From Pseudomonadota bacterium (GTDB lineage Bacteria; Bdellovibrionota_B; Oligoflexia; Oligoflexales; RGVZ01): 64,000 bases of DNA. The first letter of the stretch is position 1, and every line of letters begins with the position of its first letter. The stretch spans positions 64,001 through 128,000 of the forward strand of contig JBEGVZ010000085.1 in NCBI GenBank assembly GCA_041178085.1, written 5' to 3'. Of the stretch, positions 9,908 to 19,368 are shown piece after piece. The notes under the pieces were generated by a model. It was not told the DNA's origin. It made no database searches and saw only the letters and a program-made list of their open reading frames with translations. Both the position numbers and the translations under genes were made by a program.

Positions 9908-10507
9908 ATGTCCAAAGCCGACGTAGCCGCAGAGCGCAAGGACCAGATCGTCCGTGCGACGGTGGATTGCATTTCCCGCCACGGATACCACAACTTTTCC
10001 ATGCAGGATGTCGCCCGCACGGCCGGGGTCAGCAAGGGCATCATCCATTATTATTTCCTGAACAAGGATGAGCTCATGATGTCGGTCCTGGACAAGGTGG
10101 CCGGCGACATTGAGCAGGTTCTTCAATCCGACATGGCGACGATTGAGGATCCAGTGCAGAAGATGGAAATCTTCGTCAACGTCTGCTTTGACGTGGTCCG
10201 CAGCACGCGGGAATACTATCAGGTCAACATGGACTTCTGGACCCAGATTAACCAGAAGGAAGAGGTTCGCGCCGTGATCGCGCGTCATTATGCGAAATTT
10301 CGCGAGACGGCAGCGGCTGTGGTCCGTCAAGGCGTAGCGTCGGGCAAGTTCCGCAAGGTTGACCCCTTGCAGTATGGTTCCTACGTGATTGCTGTCATCG
10401 ACGGATTGAGCTTGCAATGGTTGTTCGACGACAAGGTCTTTGATTACGACGCCATGGTCAAGGTTGCCAGCCGCTTGATCATTGAGGGGCTTGCGCCGCG
10501 GGGATGA
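9908..10507 (+). CDS. TetR/AcrR-family transcriptional regulator (BetI-like C-terminus)
   Basis: HTH GYHNFSMQDVARTAGVSKGIIHYYFLNKDEL; C-terminal VIDGLSLQWL; RBS ggag before ATG 9908. Confidence 0.93.
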   Translation: MSKADVAAERKDQIVRATVDCISRHGYHNFSMQDVARTAGVSKGIIHYYFLNKDELMMSVLDKVAGDIEQVLQSDMATIEDPVQKMEIFVNVCFDVVRSTREYYQVNMDFWTQINQKEEVRAVIARHYAKFRETAAAVVRQGVASGKFRKVDPLQYGSYVIAVIDGLSLQWLFDDKVFDYDAMVKVASRLIIEGLAPRG

Positions 10508-10515
10508 GGTGAGAC

Positions 10516-11604
10516 TTGCTCGAAGCAGTGTCAAGGATTTCCGCGGGCGGAAAGCTTTCGCCTTCAGAGGAAGCAGCGGTCCTTGCCGAGCTCGAGGCTA
10601 ACGAGTGCTGGCAACCATTGCTGCGGCATCTTGATGGGCGTATCGCAAGGGGCGGTGATGGACTGGATCAGTCTTACATCCTCGCCATCCGCATCCGTCT
10701 TCAGTATTTCAAGGACACAACCGCAGCACAGGCCCTGGCTTCGGACTTGATCCGTCGCTGCGGCCTCACCTTCAGGCAATTCCGTGAGCGTCTTTTGAGC
10801 GATGATGTCATCCAGTCAGCCGGACCGGAGGTTGAGGCGTCCTTGATCGAGGCTGCGGTCGGTGCCTTTGATCTGGTCGGCGAGAAGGTCGCGGCCTTGG
10901 AGAGATTGGCTACGGTATTCGAAAAGCGTCTCTTTCACGATCAGAACCTGTTCCTGGTTTTCGAACGCCTCACACAGCTTGATCCAGACAACTTGAAGGC
11001 CCTGCGTTACTTCAAGATGGTTTTTTCACAGAACAACGAATGGCAGCAGGTTGCACGGATCCTGCGGCGCATGATCGAAGTCGTCCCGGGACGTCATGAA
11101 AAATACAGGCTGGCGCACGACTTGGCCTGCGCCCTTGTTTACCATTTGAATCAGCCGCGTGACGCACTGGTGATTCTTGAGCGCTATTGTCGCGAGAGCC
11201 CGTTGGATGTCTCCCAGGTTGAATATGATGCGGCATTTCGCACGGGGGACCTCAAACGTTGCATTCAGGTTTTGCATACAGCCCAGAGAAGCGTCCGTGA
11301 TGACGCGGGGCGTGCGGTCATACAACTCAGGATGGCAGAGCTTCACCGGCGTACTGGTGATTTCCAGTCCATGGAGCGGTGCCTCGAAGAATCCATAGAA
11401 GCTTGGCCGGTATTTCTGGATCCGTTTGAACCCCTCATTCAACTACACTTGAATAGCGGCAGGTGGGACAAGGTCATCCAGCTTCTCAACAATCTTGCCC
11501 AAAGGGTGCAGGACAAGGAGCTGGTCGCGCAAATCAGGGAGACTGTCCGACGCGTTGAATCTGGTTTGAATGACCGTGAGTCAACCCACAAAAAAAACCG
11601 TTGA
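10516..11604 (+). CDS. Tetratricopeptide-repeat-like protein
   Basis: Helical repeats (LDPDNLKALRY, AWPVFLDPFEPL, GRWDKVIQLL); TTG start after gaggtga. Confidence 0.75.
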   Translation: MLEAVSRISAGGKLSPSEEAAVLAELEANECWQPLLRHLDGRIARGGDGLDQSYILAIRIRLQYFKDTTAAQALASDLIRRCGLTFRQFRERLLSDDVIQSAGPEVEASLIEAAVGAFDLVGEKVAALERLATVFEKRLFHDQNLFLVFERLTQLDPDNLKALRYFKMVFSQNNEWQQVARILRRMIEVVPGRHEKYRLAHDLACALVYHLNQPRDALVILERYCRESPLDVSQVEYDAAFRTGDLKRCIQVLHTAQRSVRDDAGRAVIQLRMAELHRRTGDFQSMERCLEESIEAWPVFLDPFEPLIQLHLNSGRWDKVIQLLNNLAQRVQDKELVAQIRETVRRVESGLNDRESTHKKNR

Positions 11605-11625
11605 GCGGCAAGGTACAGGGCAAAG

Positions 11626-12645
11626 ATGGCAATCCATCCGGCGACGAAATCATTTGGACTCAGGGAGCATCTGTCCCGGGTGCTCGCCCCCGACCGGTCC
11701 AGTCGATGGCTTGGTCACAGGTTCGAGGAGTCGCTGGTAAAACAGGCGGTTGGTCAGGTTCTTGCCGGTGGAAATGGAACGATGCCCGGAAGGGTTGTGG
11801 TCATGGCATCTTCCCCCGAGCTGGAGGCGATCACGCGCAGCGGACTTTGTGGTATGTTGGCATCCGCCTTCATGGGCAGCCTTGAACTACGGGAACTTGC
11901 CTATCCCGTGATGCGTGAATTTCTCGAACAGACGTCAGACAATGCGCCGGTCATGGTCATCGCCATCGGAACTGAAAAGCGTCCGCTTGGCTGGCCGCTG
12001 CCAGATTTTGGCAAGTGGCTTCCTGCGGGGTTTTTATCGAAACCTGATCAGGATGTCCCTGGTTACTTGCGCTTCGATTCGTCTGGCCATTGGCTGCGCA
12101 TGGACCGCAAGGGTAACGCAACCGTCCTTGAGGCTCGTCCCTTACCCAACGCGGCAGAGGACAAGGTGAATCCCCAGGGAAACCGCAAGAATGATTCCGG
12201 CAAGAGCGTTGCGGGGGCTTTTGATTTCAGCTGGGGAATCTGGGCAGGGCAAGTCATGCCCGCAAAGACTCCGGTGGCTGCGCACGCAGAAGAAAAAAGG
12301 ATCGTGTGCCAGGCGATGTCGCTCGGTTCAGGGTCGGCTGCAAGGGTGGTCCTCCCGGCTGCGACCCGTGAACGGCTGTCCGAATTTCTTGCGGGAGAAG
12401 GTGCGGTTTATATCAGTTCGCCGACGCTCGAATGCAGCGAATGGTTACTTGCCGAGGGCGGACACCAATCGGGTCAGGACCAGCGTTTCCATTTCGTGGA
12501 GCAAAGCCACGGCTGGGGGCCCGCTTTTTCGTTGCTGCGCTTCTACTGTGATGCACGTCCAGGTGACCGCATGATTGTGCTCAGGGACTTGACCGCGATC
12601 GACCTGATTGCCGCGGCGCCGCTTCGGCAGGGTAATGTGTCATGA
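11626..12645 (+). CDS. Highly divergent thiolase-like protein (FadI/FadA-like)
   Basis: GQVLAGGNGTMPGR resembles thiolase GNVLQAGLGQNPAR; AITRSGLCG resembles FTVNKVCG (nucleophile Cys); VIAIGTE resembles IVAGGME. The C-terminal catalytic motifs are eroded. Confidence 0.6.
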   Translation: MAIHPATKSFGLREHLSRVLAPDRSSRWLGHRFEESLVKQAVGQVLAGGNGTMPGRVVVMASSPELEAITRSGLCGMLASAFMGSLELRELAYPVMREFLEQTSDNAPVMVIAIGTEKRPLGWPLPDFGKWLPAGFLSKPDQDVPGYLRFDSSGHWLRMDRKGNATVLEARPLPNAAEDKVNPQGNRKNDSGKSVAGAFDFSWGIWAGQVMPAKTPVAAHAEEKRIVCQAMSLGSGSAARVVLPAATRERLSEFLAGEGAVYISSPTLECSEWLLAEGGHQSGQDQRFHFVEQSHGWGPAFSLLRFYCDARPGDRMIVLRDLTAIDLIAAAPLRQGNVS

Positions 12646-14663
12646 GGGTCACGACCCAGGACATCGCTGGAATTTCCACCATTCTGCTGGATTTCAGCGA
12701 GATCGACATTGCCGGCGTCGACCGCGGCGATTCCGCGGCCATCGCGCTTTTGGTTTCTTTTCTGGACAGGGTGCGTATCGCCATCGACGGATTCGTGCCG
12801 CTGCCTGCCCAAAGCAAGCCACTCGTCATGGCCCTTGGTTTTTCTGCTTCGGGCCTTGCGCCAACGACCGGGACATCGCCAGGGGCAGCCCAATCCCGGG
12901 AGTGGTTGCTCGACGAACTGGTAGAGGCACGTCAAACTTTACGGGAAGCGATCTTTCACTCAGGTCTTTGGCGGGTGCCTTCCCTCTACCTTGGCTACTC
13001 AGATGCGACGAGCCCGGTCATCGAAATCATGAACCTTTTTCAGATGCGACTCTGGTTGAACGACCGGACATTTTTCTACGGTATGCCCGGACACTGGTGC
13101 CATGACCTTTTCCACAACGATCCGTTTTTTGGTGCCTCCGGTGTGCGTGCTCCCCATGGACACGGCTGGCGCCTTTCCGTTGAGGCAGCACAAAAAACCG
13201 GCATGATTGATGGCAATCTCGTTATTCCTGATTTTATCGCAAACCCGCGGACACATTTGCCTGCTCTCACGGCTCGATTTGCTCAGGTCCTTCTTGACCG
13301 TGAGCGATCCGCAGCGGGCGAGTGGAAGTCCCTCTGTGAGCGGACGTTCCGTAGTAGCCTTGAAACGGCGAAAAAGCGGTTCTCCAGGATTGCGACCGAC
13401 AGCGCTCGCTCTTTGCATCAGGCTCTGGTCAAGGAAGATCTAGTCGCATCCGAGATTGAGTTTGCTCGCGCCTGGTTTTGCCTGAACGGGGAAAGGGACA
13501 AATCTGTCCGGTCGAAGTCCAGACAGACAAAGCCTGTCCCAGTGTATAGCCCCCAGATGTTTGGTGTCTTTCTTGACCTTGCGCAGGAGGTGATGCCGGC
13601 AGAATTGCTCACGGCGATTGCCGCGCGCAAGGGTATGGTGTTCGTATCGTCCAGTGATTCCTCAATTTTCTCGGCTCGGATTACGCAGCAGCGTCAAATG
13701 CTGGCTACCCTGCTTGGCAGCAGCAATGCCCAGGTTTTCTGGGAACGCAATGTCATCCCTTTGGCCGGCGGTCCCCACGTGATTGGCGATAGTCCATCCC
13801 TTCCGGTTATAAAGCCCCGCCAGCCAGCAACGCGGGGTGTCATTGAGTGGAGCATTTCTGTTCCTGGCGAAGGGAGCTTTGACCTTGCTTGCCTTCCTCG
13901 TCTGGTGGCCAGGGCAAGGTCCGATGAATCGTTTTCTGGCATGGTGATTGGGGAGCTCACTGGCAGTGAAGGTCGTTTGCTGCGGGATTCAGAACAGTTC
14001 GAACATTTTCCCGAGCTTTTGTCGCTTCTCCGCAGCTTGATGGACGGTGTTTTGCTCCAGCCCACCATCCGGCCCATACACATCCGCGATCTGTTCCAGA
14101 CGCTACTTTCGGGTTATTTGAACAGCCTTGGAAACGACCTCGACGCATCCTGGCAAATACTGTCCGAGGCAGGTTGGTCCCTCGATGACTCAGCCCACGT
14201 CCGTAAGAGAATGGAGGAAACCCTTTCTCTTCGCGCGTCCCCACGTGTTGGCAAGGACCGGCAAGCCTCTGTGTTTGTCACGCAAATCGCGTGGGCAATG
14301 CTGTCGGTTTTGCAGGAGAAAATCGCCCGTAATGGCGTGGCCCGTGAGCTGGTACGTGATATTTCCGGGGCTCCCTGTACGACTCTAGTCGGTATTGAGG
14401 GGGACGAGGCTGCGCCTGTGGCCTATGTCTCGCGCATGGGGGCAAACCCTGTAGATGATGTCTATGTGAGTTTTGTGCCTTGGCCGGCCTCGGAACGCTG
14501 GCATGGAAAGCCTGGACGCCAGTTGGAGTACCCGGTTGGCGTAACTGCGAGAAATTTTGCCCTGAAACATCAAATCCGGCAATTTGTGTCGGATTTGACA
14601 CCATCCGCTGGCTGGGACGTGGAAAATTTGCCACTTCTCCTATCAATACTGCCGCAAGGGTAG
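12642..14663 (+). CDS. Highly divergent FadJ/FadB-like protein (crotonase plus degenerate dehydrogenase region)
   Basis: [25 protein letters not shown] aligns without gaps to crotonase [41 protein letters not shown] resembles GKQLRAKQALKLGLVD. 673 aa; ATGA overlap with the thiolase-like gene. Confidence 0.55.
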   Translation: [673 protein letters not shown]

Positions 14664-14754
14664 CCTGCGAAATGATTTGCCCGGCCAGCAGAAAAGCTTT
14701 AATCCCGGTGGGTTGAGTTGGATGCTTGGTCATCCCGCGGTCAACGGCTGAATC

Positions 14755-14770
14755 CGGCACATTTTCTGCA
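14755..14770 (+). promoter_or_regulatory. Sigma-54 (-24/-12) promoter of lpxC
   Basis: CGGCAC-ATTTT-CTGCA has exact GG-N10-GC spacing and lies 45 nt before the lpxC ATG. Confidence 0.65.
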
Positions 14771-14815
14771 GTCTATTTTCTGTCGCGCCGGCTCCAACAA
14801 AAGTCAGGTGGTAGC

Positions 14816-15730
14816 ATGTTTGCTGATGTCCCTGAAATTTCTGTTGCGGAAGAAGCAAAATCGCCCCGTTTCGGGCGTTCGCACCAGTCCACCTTGCGCG
14901 GACCAGTTGAATTCAGTGGCGTAGGCCTGCACAGCGGAGTTCATGCCCGGCTGGTGGTGCTTCCTGCGCCCGCGGATCACGGAATTGTTTTTGTGCGTCG
15001 GGACAGCGCGGCGGCTTCCCCGGTGGCAGCCCGTTGGGACCAGGTGTCAATTACGGAACTTTCCACATCGATCGGCGACGGTTCGTCACGGGTATCGACG
15101 ATCGAGCATCTGATGGCTGCGTTCAGTGGCCTTGGCATAGACAACGCAATGGTGGAAATCACCGGCCCAGAGGTTCCCATCCTTGATGGCAGCTCAATGG
15201 CTTTCGTTGCGCACATGCTTGAGGCAGGGATTGATGAGCAGGCCGCTCGACGTTCATGCCTGCAGGTGATCAAGCCGTTCCTGTATGAGGAGTCGGGCAA
15301 GGCGGTTAAAATTGAGCCTGCCCCACAGATCGAATTTCGTTGCACGATCAGTTTTCCTGATCCTGTCATCGGCCGTCAAACCATCTATTACCGTCATTCC
15401 GACCGTTCTTTCCTGGAGCTCGCTTCAGCCCGCACGTTTTGTCACTACCGGGACGTAGAGACAATGCGCCGGGCTGGGCTGGCTCTTGGTGGTTCTCTGG
15501 ATAACGCAGTTGTGGTGACGGATGAAGGAGTCATGAATCCGGGTGGACTGAAGGGTGGCGATGAATTCGTCCGTCACAAGCTACTCGATGCGATCGGTGA
15601 CTTGTCCTTGACGGTAGCGCCTCTGGCTGGCCGGATCACGCTCTACAAGTCAGGTCACGGTGTTCATGCCCGGTTTATGCGGGAGTTGATGACCCGGCGC
15701 CGGGACTGCCTTGAACTCGTTTCCCTGTGA
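14816..15730 (+). CDS. lpxC: UDP-3-O-acyl-N-acetylglucosamine deacetylase
   Basis: QSTL..GVGLHSG, TIEHLMAA, EVPILDGS, ARTF, GGSLDNA, RHKLLDAIGDL and KSGH motifs. Confidence 0.97.
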   Translation: MFADVPEISVAEEAKSPRFGRSHQSTLRGPVEFSGVGLHSGVHARLVVLPAPADHGIVFVRRDSAAASPVAARWDQVSITELSTSIGDGSSRVSTIEHLMAAFSGLGIDNAMVEITGPEVPILDGSSMAFVAHMLEAGIDEQAARRSCLQVIKPFLYEESGKAVKIEPAPQIEFRCTISFPDPVIGRQTIYYRHSDRSFLELASARTFCHYRDVETMRRAGLALGGSLDNAVVVTDEGVMNPGGLKGGDEFVRHKLLDAIGDLSLTVAPLAGRITLYKSGHGVHARFMRELMTRRRDCLELVSL

Positions 15731-16625
15731 GCAGGCCGAGCAGCTCTGCAGCTCCTTTGAACCAGCATTTCTTCTGTAATTTTTTCAGGATGTCTGACAC
15801 GTCCGTGGTAACCATGGAGATGTCCAACGCATCATGCGTTTCCGGAAACCACTTCAATTCCTCGATAAAACCCGATTCGTCGGCGCTAAATAGCGCGAGC
15901 CTTGCCGAGTAGAGCACCAACAGCGCCTTGTTCTGGTCCCCGGGGAAAATTGTCCTGATTGTGGCAACGGCCTCCGCCCGCCAAATGCCGGCCTTTGGGT
16001 GTGCGCATTCGCATGCCGAAATGGCGATGGCGGTTTTCAGCACTGCGATTTCGGCGTTGGCGTTTGCCAGTTGCGCGCATCGGCCGAGGGCTTCCCAGGC
16101 GTCCTCCGGCCGGTCACTGATGAATGCAGCCTTGGCAAGCTGGAACCAGATGGCAGGATCGCCGTCGTTCATGGTCAGGGCGATTTTGAGGTTGTTGATA
16201 CCCTGTTCCGGCTGGCCGTTTTCAAGGTAAGCCTGTCCCATCAAGCCGTAAATCTGGTACCCGAAGTCATCGATCTTCTCGCAATCCTCGATACAACCCT
16301 CAAAGTCCCTCATGTTGAATGCGAGCCATGCAGAGGTGAATCGCAACGCCGCAAGGCCAGTGAGTTCCGTCAGTTGACGCAGCGATGACAGCATTCGTTG
16401 TTCTTGATGGTAGCCAAATGAGTCAGCCGCAAGGTTTGAGATCATGTCTACGGCACTGGCACCGGCTTCGTTCAGCGACTCTTCCGCCCTCAGGAAGTCC
16501 TGGAGCGGTGAATCGGAAACTTCGCAAAAAAGGTTGGTCGCCTTGACCCATGCGTCAATCTTCTCCGCGCCCTCTTTATTAGAGGCGCGCTCGAATCCAG
16601 CGACGAGGATTTCCGATGGGCTCAT
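15675..16625 (-). CDS. TPR-containing protein
   Basis: TPR-like units (YGLMGQAYLENGQPEQGINNLKIAL; WFQLAKAAF); start taken at MSPSEI (uncertain); 3' end overlaps lpxC. Confidence 0.72.
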   Translation of the reverse strand: MSPSEILVAGFERASNKEGAEKIDAWVKATNLFCEVSDSPLQDFLRAEESLNEAGASAVDMISNLAADSFGYHQEQRMLSSLRQLTELTGLAALRFTSAWLAFNMRDFEGCIEDCEKIDDFGYQIYGLMGQAYLENGQPEQGINNLKIALTMNDGDPAIWFQLAKAAFISDRPEDAWEALGRCAQLANANAEIAVLKTAIAISACECAHPKAGIWRAEAVATIRTIFPGDQNKALLVLYSARLALFSADESGFIEELKWFPETHDALDISMVTTDVSDILKKLQKKCWFKGAAELLGLLTGKRVQGSPGAGSSTPA

Positions 16626-16731
16626 GGTGGTCCCGTTAAGTTCGCTCACGAGTATACCATGCCAGCTCCTCATTGATGTCACTGGTGCTCTTAGCGATCC
16701 CACGGCGAAAGTGTGACGATGCCACTTTGGC

Positions 16732-18141
16732 TTGAGTGGTGACTTCAGTGGGAGTTGGGGGCGAATTTTGCGGACCGGGGTGTTTTTGGCGTGGCTGTCT
16801 GGATATTTGGCGGGACTGGCTCTTGGCTTTCCTGCGGTCTTGGTCGCGCTGCTCCCGGCCGCCGGTGTTTTTCTTGCGCATCGTAGCTGTCTCCAGCGTG
16901 GTCTCGTTGGCCTTATTCCAATTTTTTTTGCAGCGATGGTGGGTGTCTTGCCGGGTTATTTACGTTACGGCCTCTCCCGGAGCCCTCCTCCTGGACCAGC
17001 GGTCGTGCTTGATACAGGTTCTGCATTTTCCTGGCGGGGGTCATTTCTGCTTCTCGAAGTTGCTCCGGGTGGCGGACGCTTTGTGGTTGAGTCTGGACGT
17101 TGGCATCATCCAGGTTCATTTGTTCAAGTCAGTTCCTGTCAGCAGGGAGCGGTCTGGCCCCTGCCCTTTCGTTGTCGAATTCATGCCTGGCATCAAAAGT
17201 TCTCATTTCCCCGCTTGTCCCGGGCTATTGCTGGCGTTCGTCGACGGATGATCCGCCATTTTGACCGGTATGGACCGAACGGTGCGGAATGGTTGAAGGC
17301 TGTCATCCTCGGTCAATTGCCAGGTCCCCACAGGGGCTGGCTCACGGGTTTCAAGGACACTGGGCTGGTACATTTTCTTGTCGTGAGCGGGGCGCATGTC
17401 GTTCTGGTGTCAAAAGTTTCAAGGGTTTTAGTGGCCTTACCCCTTTGGTGGCTACACCTGACAGGACTTCTTTCCGCCCGGCGGTTTGCTGGTTACCTCG
17501 GTGGCGTAAAACTTATTGCCCTGCTTCCTGTCATTGTTTTTTCTCTTGTTTGTGGACTCGATCCGCCGGTCCAGCGCGCGCTGATCGCTCTTGCTCTGAT
17601 ATCCGTCCCAGGCTTCGGCGGTTTCCAGCTGCATTGGGCGACCCGGCTTTTACTCGTCCTTGCGGTTCAGGCGGCCATTTGGCCAGTGGGTTTTTTTTCC
17701 GCAACAAACGGCATGAGCTGGCTTGCTTCCACGGTCGTTCTCCTGACTCACCGGGTGGGCAGCGTGTGGAGGCAGTGGTTGATGTTTGTCTCGTTTTCTC
17801 TTCTGGCGGGAGCTGGCTCTGCGGCCGGGCTTCTTGCGAACCTTATCTTGTTGCCCGCACTCGAGGTGTTTTTTCTGGCTTCTATTCTGGTGGCGACGGT
17901 GGGACCGGATTTAGCCGGCTGGGCCCGATTCGAATCCGCGATTGGCTTCACGTGGAAAGCTGTCAGGTATGCTGGCTGGCACCTCTCCGGACCGCTTTTT
18001 GCTGTATCGGAAAGGCCCAGTCATTCGCTTCATCTTCGCGCCGCGATGACCGTGATCATGCTAGTCGTCGTAGCTCATTTTGCCTCGACCCGGCTTGCCT
18101 CCAAACCTGCGGTTCCCAGCGATTCATCGGGGCGCTCTTGA
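16732..18141 (+). CDS. comEC: ComEC/Rec2-family competence membrane protein (no metallo-beta-lactamase domain)
   Basis: AVILG..FKDTGLVHFLVVSGAHV and PPVQRA motifs; multiple TM helices; start uncertain. Confidence 0.85.
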   Translation: MSGDFSGSWGRILRTGVFLAWLSGYLAGLALGFPAVLVALLPAAGVFLAHRSCLQRGLVGLIPIFFAAMVGVLPGYLRYGLSRSPPPGPAVVLDTGSAFSWRGSFLLLEVAPGGGRFVVESGRWHHPGSFVQVSSCQQGAVWPLPFRCRIHAWHQKFSFPRLSRAIAGVRRRMIRHFDRYGPNGAEWLKAVILGQLPGPHRGWLTGFKDTGLVHFLVVSGAHVVLVSKVSRVLVALPLWWLHLTGLLSARRFAGYLGGVKLIALLPVIVFSLVCGLDPPVQRALIALALISVPGFGGFQLHWATRLLLVLAVQAAIWPVGFFSATNGMSWLASTVVLLTHRVGSVWRQWLMFVSFSLLAGAGSAAGLLANLILLPALEVFFLASILVATVGPDLAGWARFESAIGFTWKAVRYAGWHLSGPLFAVSERPSHSLHLRAAMTVIMLVVVAHFASTRLASKPAVPSDSSGRS

Positions 18142-19205
18142 ACGGGTTGGGAAGCTGACTTTGCCCGGATCGCGCTCAAATAAAGGCTGGCCGCGCTGAT
18201 GGTCCCCGAGAATGCAGAAACGAGGAAGAATGCGGGATGCCAGATCGCCCCGAGCATGAAGAACGCGATCGCCGCTGCACCGGTGACCAATGCATTGATC
18301 CCGATCTTGTCCTGCCGCGTGATGGCAAGCTGCCCATGCAAAACGCCAGAGCTGTAACCTTCGACAAGAACGTGTTTGACCTTAGGGCGGTAGAAGTGGC
18401 GTAGCGCAGTTTGTGGCCGGTAGAAGTACGTAACATGCCAGAAAGGCAAGTGAACCAGCTGGACCCCGGCGACTTCGATTTCGCTGCGGCTTTCGAGCAG
18501 GTAATCGACGTACTGGGCGGATATCTGGTGATGGTAATGCTCGACGTGCTGGACCGCGCGGCGGATGGCCGACTCCTCGTCGACTTCTACTCCGGCGATG
18601 GGCATGCCGTTGGCAAACTTGAATTCAAAAGGCTCCTTGGCTTCGTATGAGGAGCGTTCACTTTGTGGCTTCTCGATGTGTCCCCTGGAAAAGGTCGAAT
18701 CCATTGGGAATCCGTCCCAGTCGACGTTCACCTTTTCCTTGGGTTCATGCAGCCTGGCTGTTCCCCACATCTCGCAAATGTTCTTGCGAGCGCTTACGGC
18801 CCAGCGGTAGGTCCGGCGGAAATTCCCATTTTCGTTGAGGAAGTCGGAACCTGCCCCGTGTTCCTGGATTTTATTCCGACGCTGGGAAAGCCCCGTCCAA
18901 ACGGTGTGGGCTTCCATGGATACGATCCAGAAGGGCAAACTTGTCCCCTCCACGGAGGCGACCACATATTCCTTGTCGACGGCTTTGGGGTTGTGGTGAA
19001 GGCGGCGCAGCCACTCCAGGATAAGGTCCTTGACCGCTTTTGGGGCCATCGTGTTCGGTACGATGAAGTGGTCAGCGAAAGGCTCCTTTTCGCCAGTTTC
19101 TACAATATGTTTGAAGGTTTCCGAGCAAAACGGACACATGACCAGATAATGTCTGAAGTCATATTGGGCCGATGTGCCGCAGGTTGGGCAGGCTAACTCG
19201 TGCAT
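18075..19205 (-). CDS. Zn-ribbon protein with C-terminal membrane anchor (YdjG-like)
   Basis: N-terminal CPTCG...CPFC, two LPFW motifs and two C-terminal TM helices; RBS aggagg. Confidence 0.75.
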   Translation of the reverse strand: MHELACPTCGTSAQYDFRHYLVMCPFCSETFKHIVETGEKEPFADHFIVPNTMAPKAVKDLILEWLRRLHHNPKAVDKEYVVASVEGTSLPFWIVSMEAHTVWTGLSQRRNKIQEHGAGSDFLNENGNFRRTYRWAVSARKNICEMWGTARLHEPKEKVNVDWDGFPMDSTFSRGHIEKPQSERSSYEAKEPFEFKFANGMPIAGVEVDEESAIRRAVQHVEHYHHQISAQYVDYLLESRSEIEVAGVQLVHLPFWHVTYFYRPQTALRHFYRPKVKHVLVEGYSSGVLHGQLAITRQDKIGINALVTGAAAIAFFMLGAIWHPAFFLVSAFSGTISAASLYLSAIRAKSASQPVQERPDESLGTAGLEASRVEAK

Positions 19206-19246
19206 GGGGTGGAGGTCCTCCTGCTAAAAATTTTATCACGTTTCTG

Positions 19247-19274
19247 TTGACATGCCGCGAACCCGCCTTAAGTT
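19247..19274 (+). promoter_or_regulatory. Sigma-70-type promoter of dnaK
   Basis: TTGACA-N16-TAAGTT upstream of dnaK. Confidence 0.5.
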
Positions 19275-19368
19275 GCTTTGCGGAACCGGAATAAAGGCTT
19301 TTGGGGCCCGGGTAAGGGCGGGGTTCCGGCGAAAAAAACTTAAAAATCCATAATGAAATGGAGCACAT

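Noticed and set aside
15675..18141. 3' overlaps of convergent genes (lpxC/TPR, comEC/Zn-ribbon) as an antisense system
   Set aside because: Short tail overlaps in non-conserved C-termini are common in compact genomes.
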